NCBI GenBank assembly: GCA_028688055.1
Contig: JAQTYZ010000003.1
Coordinates: forward strand, 1,191-65,190
Direction: 5' to 3'
From: Patescibacteria group bacterium
Lineage (GTDB): Bacteria > Patescibacteriota > Patescibacteriia > Buchananbacterales > UBA6539
DNA length: 64,000 bases
A model generated the notes under the pieces. It saw nothing but the letters and a program-made list of their open reading frames with translations. It was not told the origin of the DNA and did no database searches. The position numbers and the translations under genes were made by a program. Position 1 is the stretch's first letter. Every line of letters begins with the position of its first letter. Below, one piece after another: positions 59,718 through 64,000 of the stretch.

Positions 59718-62700
59718 ATGAAAAAGTCTCTCAATTTAGCGAAAATTGTTAGTTTAATTGCGATATCAGTGACTGTTGTTTCGGTCACTTTTTTTGTTAC
59801 TGGATTAGTTGTGGCAGCAACTAGTACCTGGGTTGGTCCGATCTTAGCGCCGCCAGGTGGCAATCCGCCGGGTTTTATTTTTAATGCCCTGTCCGGTGGT
59901 TCGGCGCAGAACGCTGACATTAACATCAGCGGCACTGGAACCTTTGGTGATATTAATGTTGTTGATAATGCCAATAGTACCGGTTCGATTATTGTTGGTA
60001 ATCAAATTTGTTTTCACGGCACAACAGATTGTACGGATACGTTTAAAGGTCTTAGCGGTAGTGATAACATTTGGGCTAAAACCGGTTCAGCACCACAACC
60101 CGTTACTTTAATTAATGCTGACGATCTTGTTCATATTGGTAATCCGGTTTCAGCCGACCCGAATGATAAATCGAATAAAATTAAGTTATATATTAACGGT
60201 AGCTTTGGTCATCCAGATGGCTCGACAATTTTGCACTTGTGGGGTTCTCAGATTGCTGACGCGGGCGGACTGCTCTCGTTAACTTCCGCTTCCGGGCCAT
60301 TAGTTCTTAATCCTGATAACAATGGTAATGTCGGGGTTGGGACAAATAAACCAGATTATAAGTTTCATGTTGTTGGCAACGTTGGTGCCGCGGGATTGCT
60401 GACGCCAACTTTGGAAAATCGTAATGTTAATGGCGGTGTGATGATGCAGCTAGTTAATGGCGCGGCCCCAGCTGGTTTTGGCCTTAATGGACCCAGTCGT
60501 AATGTAGCTGGTGCCAGTTATTTAAATAATTGGGCCTGGATGACTAATGATAATTCAAATGGCGGTTTAGCATTTTTGACCGGTTGCGGTGATCCTGGGT
60601 GTGTTAGAATGGTTCTTACCCCAACTGGAAAGCTTGGTATTGGTACTAATCAGCCCCAAGCCTGGTTGGACGTTAATGGAACTAGTTTTTGGAATTCAAA
60701 CCCGGCGACTGGCGGTGGTAATGTTGAAATGCAATCTTATTACAACTCGGACATCACTTGGCCAACAAGTAATCTAAGTAATCCATCGCGGTCAACTTAC
60801 GGTAGTATTTTTGGCGGCGGCTTAAGGGTAAATGAGTATTATGATGGGACAGCTAAAACAATCAAGAAAACCAGACAGGGTCCATCGGGTACCATTGAAA
60901 TGAAAGAGTGGGGCGATTGGAATTTTATCGTTTCATCGGACGCGGCCGCTGGTGCGGTTGCCCCAAATCGTAAAATGGCTTTAACCATAAAAAATGATGG
61001 TCGGGTCGGCATAATGACTTCCGGTAATGATTGGAATGATGGCACGCAAATGATTGATGGATCATTGAATGTCTTTAAGCAAGGTGGTGGTGGCGCAATT
61101 GATATTTATGGTACGCAAGGCCCTTGGTCATGGGATGGAATCAGGCTATGGAATGGTGGAATGAAATGGGATGCTGATGATGGCTCAATCAATGGTAATG
61201 GCAATAAATATTGGGGAATTTGGCATCAAACTGCTCTCGTTGACCCTACTGTTAGCGGACCGGATGATTTCCGAATAAATGAATACACTGGTACAGGTAG
61301 TAATCACGTTGAGGCATTAACGCTTCAGTCAATGACTGGAAAAATGGGTTTATTGGTGACCAAACCAACCACTCAGCTCGATATTGGTGGTGAAGGAACA
61401 GTAAAACTAGCTCAGCGAACGACCGCGCCAAATCCGACGACCAGTACTTTGTATAATTTAAACGGCAAGCTATATTGGGGTGCAACGCAGTTAAATAGTG
61501 GTAGCAGTACAAGTACTTGGACCCAAACTGGCAATAATTTATATCCGACGACGCTCGGTAGCAAAGTTGGTATCGGCACCGCTACGCCCGCTTCCATTTT
61601 TCATATTGTCGGCTATGAAGCGACTGGCGCAGGCCTTATGCAAACAATAGAAAACACTAATTCGGCCGCGACTAATGCTTTTGCTGGTTTATCACTAAAA
61701 ATAAATGGAGTTAAGTATGCTGATATTAGTGGCGGTAATGCCGGTGGAGCTGGCTGGGATATTGTAAATGGTTTAAATCTAGGGGCAGGAACCTCAAAAC
61801 AAGATATTGGTTTTAGAGTTGGACCATCAATTGATGGAACAGGAGGAAAAGGTCCGGCGATGATAATTAAATCTTCTGGCAAAGTCGGTATCGGTACTGC
61901 AACTCCAAAAACTAATTTGGAAGTTAATTCATGGTTATTGGTATCTGGCGCCGGCGCTAGGGTAAATCTCGGACACGGTACTGATGATCCTAATAGCAGT
62001 ATTGTTTGGGTGATGGACAACTACCAAGCCCCGGGGGCTAACGACAAATTGTTTAGAATTTTTCGGCAGGATAACTTAAATACGAATGCTCTGGATTGGC
62101 AGAATTACTTCTTTATTAATCCGGCTGGCAATGTGGGTATTGGTAATCCAGTGCCAGCGCAGAAACTTGATGTGGCTGGGAATATTAAGGCTAGCGGTAC
62201 CATTTGTGATGGCAGTGGTAATTGTTTGAATACTTCTGGTCCCAGCAATAGCGGTTGGACGGATGCTGGAGCGGTAGTCAACCTAACCACCGCGACTGAT
62301 AGTGTTAATATTGGTGGCACCAGTAATAATAATTTGAAGCTTTATGTTAATGGCGATTTTGGTAGAAATAATGGCGCCGCAACGATGTGGTTGTATGGCT
62401 CTAAAATTTCTGATATGGGAGGAGCTATCTTAAATATTATTCCTGGTGGCAATCCTGGTAACGTTAATATCCAAAGTGGGTCCGGTTCCTCGATGATATA
62501 TACTCAAGGTTCGACTCAAAGAGTTGGAATTGGGACCACTGAACCGGCCGAAAAACTTGATGTGGTTGGAAATATTAAAAGTTCTGGCGATATTAAGTCC
62601 GGTCGAGTTTTTGCTGGATCTATGCCTTTTGGATTAGGTATCGTGAATGTAAATTCAACGGGGCCAACACTGAATTTTTTCAGTGCTCTTAATGTCGGTG

Positions 62701-63170
62701 TTAACTCGAGTGTTAGTGGAACATCAGATAATGCTTATGGCGTTTATGCTTCTGCTTCAGGTGGGACGGCTGCTAACTATGGCGTCTATGGTTATGGTAG
62801 CGGTACCAATTCGTTTGGCGGTTACTTTCTTGGTGGCACCTATTCCGATCGGTTTTGTCTGGGTGGGGCAAGCAATTGTATAACGTCGTGGCCGGGCGAT
62901 GGCAGCGGACCATTAACGGCTAAGGATAATTTAACGGTTTCTAATGGATCAAATTTCAACGTCGGTATTAAATATAAGCAATGTAATAGTGTCACTACCT
63001 GTACTTGTGATGCGGGTCAATACTTGATAACGGGCGGAGTTGAATGTGCTAGCGGTCAAGCGGTTCGAGCTAGTTATCCAAAAAATGATCTAAAAACTTG
63101 GTATGGTACGTGCGATTCGACGCCGCTTAGTATCAGAATTTCGTGTGTCAAAGGAAATCCGGCGCCTTAA
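59718..63170 (+). CDS. Large exported fibre/adhesin-like protein with GxVGIGT repeats
   Basis: N-terminal TM plus WVGP..APPGGNP; ~8 G(N/K)VGIGTxxP-like repeats; Cys-rich C-terminal tip. Confidence 0.78.
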   Translation: MKKSLNLAKIVSLIAISVTVVSVTFFVTGLVVAATSTWVGPILAPPGGNPPGFIFNALSGGSAQNADINISGTGTFGDINVVDNANSTGSIIVGNQICFHGTTDCTDTFKGLSGSDNIWAKTGSAPQPVTLINADDLVHIGNPVSADPNDKSNKIKLYINGSFGHPDGSTILHLWGSQIADAGGLLSLTSASGPLVLNPDNNGNVGVGTNKPDYKFHVVGNVGAAGLLTPTLENRNVNGGVMMQLVNGAAPAGFGLNGPSRNVAGASYLNNWAWMTNDNSNGGLAFLTGCGDPGCVRMVLTPTGKLGIGTNQPQAWLDVNGTSFWNSNPATGGGNVEMQSYYNSDITWPTSNLSNPSRSTYGSIFGGGLRVNEYYDGTAKTIKKTRQGPSGTIEMKEWGDWNFIVSSDAAAGAVAPNRKMALTIKNDGRVGIMTSGNDWNDGTQMIDGSLNVFKQGGGGAIDIYGTQGPWSWDGIRLWNGGMKWDADDGSINGNGNKYWGIWHQTALVDPTVSGPDDFRINEYTGTGSNHVEALTLQSMTGKMGLLVTKPTTQLDIGGEGTVKLAQRTTAPNPTTSTLYNLNGKLYWGATQLNSGSSTSTWTQTGNNLYPTTLGSKVGIGTATPASIFHIVGYEATGAGLMQTIENTNSAATNAFAGLSLKINGVKYADISGGNAGGAGWDIVNGLNLGAGTSKQDIGFRVGPSIDGTGGKGPAMIIKSSGKVGIGTATPKTNLEVNSWLLVSGAGARVNLGHGTDDPNSSIVWVMDNYQAPGANDKLFRIFRQDNLNTNALDWQNYFFINPAGNVGIGNPVPAQKLDVAGNIKASGTICDGSGNCLNTSGPSNSGWTDAGAVVNLTTATDSVNIGGTSNNNLKLYVNGDFGRNNGAATMWLYGSKISDMGGAILNIIPGGNPGNVNIQSGSGSSMIYTQGSTQRVGIGTTEPAEKLDVVGNIKSSGDIKSGRVFAGSMPFGLGIVNVNSTGPTLNFFSALNVGVNSSVSGTSDNAYGVYASASGGTAANYGVYGYGSGTNSFGGYFLGGTYSDRFCLGGASNCITSWPGDGSGPLTAKDNLTVSNGSNFNVGIKYKQCNSVTTCTCDAGQYLITGGVECASGQAVRASYPKNDLKTWYGTCDSTPLSIRISCVKGNPAP

Positions 63171-63200
63171 TTTAACAAGCTCGTCTAAATAAACCGATTG

Positions 63201-64000
63201 ATGAAAAATAAAATTTTAGCTTTAGTAGTTGCAATAATTTTCGTCTCTTCTTTAGTCGTGTTTTTAAATGTCCGGGCGCAAAGTACACCTACTTTTTGCG
63301 GTGATGGGGTTATCCAATCGCCCAACAAGGCCGGTCAGTACGAAAAATGCGATGATGGCAACGGTACTGTTCCCATTGAAACTGATAAATGCACCACAAC
63401 TTGCGGGGCCAAGTTAATGGGTTTTGCGTGGTCGGATAATGTCGGTTGGGTTTCGCTTAATGATAAAAATTGTGAGCCGCAATATTTGGATCCAAGTTTA
63501 CCGGCTGGTAGCTGCGGACCGCAAAGCATAACTTATTATACTCAGGCGACAAATAATAATGAGATCCAAGGCTATGGCTGGTCGGATAATGTCGGTTGGG
63601 TTTGTTTTGGTACGACTTGTCCAATGACGCCCCCACCGCCGGTGGGAAATTTAGCCGCTCAAATTACTTCCGATCATCCGGAAAATCCCGCGGTAACCGG
63701 CTGGGCTAAAATTTTAAGCTTAAATGATAATGGTTGGGTATCGTTAAGTTGTCTAAATGATATGTCGTGCAATAATTTAGATGCTAACGGACAGCCGATT
63801 ACTTATCAGGTTCGATTGGGGCTGGCAACTTTTGGAACCGAACAGCGTTTAACTTTGAGCGGGTTTAGTTGGAATAATTTAGTCGGTTGGTTGGAGTTTA
63901 ATGCCACTGCTTCCGGAATCCCGGCTTGGCTTCAAACAAAATATGGCGATATTTACGCACGTCGTGGATTACAGGGTTTGAAATCGCCTGGCTATAATGC
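63201..64000 (+). CDS. Exported Cys-rich protein (partial) with a myxococcal CGDG..CDDGN repeat and G(F/Y)xWSDNVGW repeats
   Basis: Hand translation MKNKILALVVAIIFVSSLVVFLNVRAQSTPTFCGDGVIQ...EKCDDGN...GFAWSDNVGWVSL...GYGWSDNVGWVCF; open to window end. Confidence 0.8.
   Translation, partial: MKNKILALVVAIIFVSSLVVFLNVRAQSTPTFCGDGVIQSPNKAGQYEKCDDGNGTVPIETDKCTTTCGAKLMGFAWSDNVGWVSLNDKNCEPQYLDPSLPAGSCGPQSITYYTQATNNNEIQGYGWSDNVGWVCFGTTCPMTPPPPVGNLAAQITSDHPENPAVTGWAKILSLNDNGWVSLSCLNDMSCNNLDANGQPITYQVRLGLATFGTEQRLTLSGFSWNNLVGWLEFNATASGIPAWLQTKYGDIYARRGLQGLKSPGYN

Noticed and set aside
59718-64000. Prophage tail region
   Set aside because: The proteins have signal/TM anchors, and no capsid, terminase or integrase genes are present.

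Overview
AT-rich bacterial chromosomal segment (standard code 11; secG ends in TGA). The gene style (few Shine-Dalgarno sites, CPR-type pilins, Cys-rich giant surface proteins, PrgI/VirB4 cluster) points to Patescibacteria/CPR, probably Parcubacteria; this assignment is an inference. Housekeeping genes include folD, glyA, a phosphomannomutase, murI, trpS, rnj, secG, uvrA, leuS, a FemAB protein, tsaC, rsmA, metK, comF, recG, radA, clpC, htpX, lemA and three tRNAs (Leu-CAG, Ser-GCT, Arg-GCG). Four things stand out. (1) A ~22 kb monoderm-type type IV secretion-like locus (VirB6-like, PrgI/VirB3, VirB4, VirB8-like, ComF) is headed by a 3202-aa Cys-rich multi-CBM surface protein, with DsbA and two variable-tailed pilins nearby, one fused to a 3D cell-wall hydrolase domain. 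(2) A small GIY-YIG nuclease gene sits between a decayed tRNA-Ser 5' half and an intact tRNA-Ser, and its stop codon lies in the anticodon loop. (3) A short-Stem-I, probably Trp-specific T-box reads into two tiny Cys/His-rich ORFs and a terminator before trpS. (4) Smaller oddities include a divergent LeuRS editing site, a leaderless uORF plus terminator ahead of glyA, palindromic GTCA repeats, and fibre-like adhesin genes. All calls come from reading the sequence; no database searches were run.
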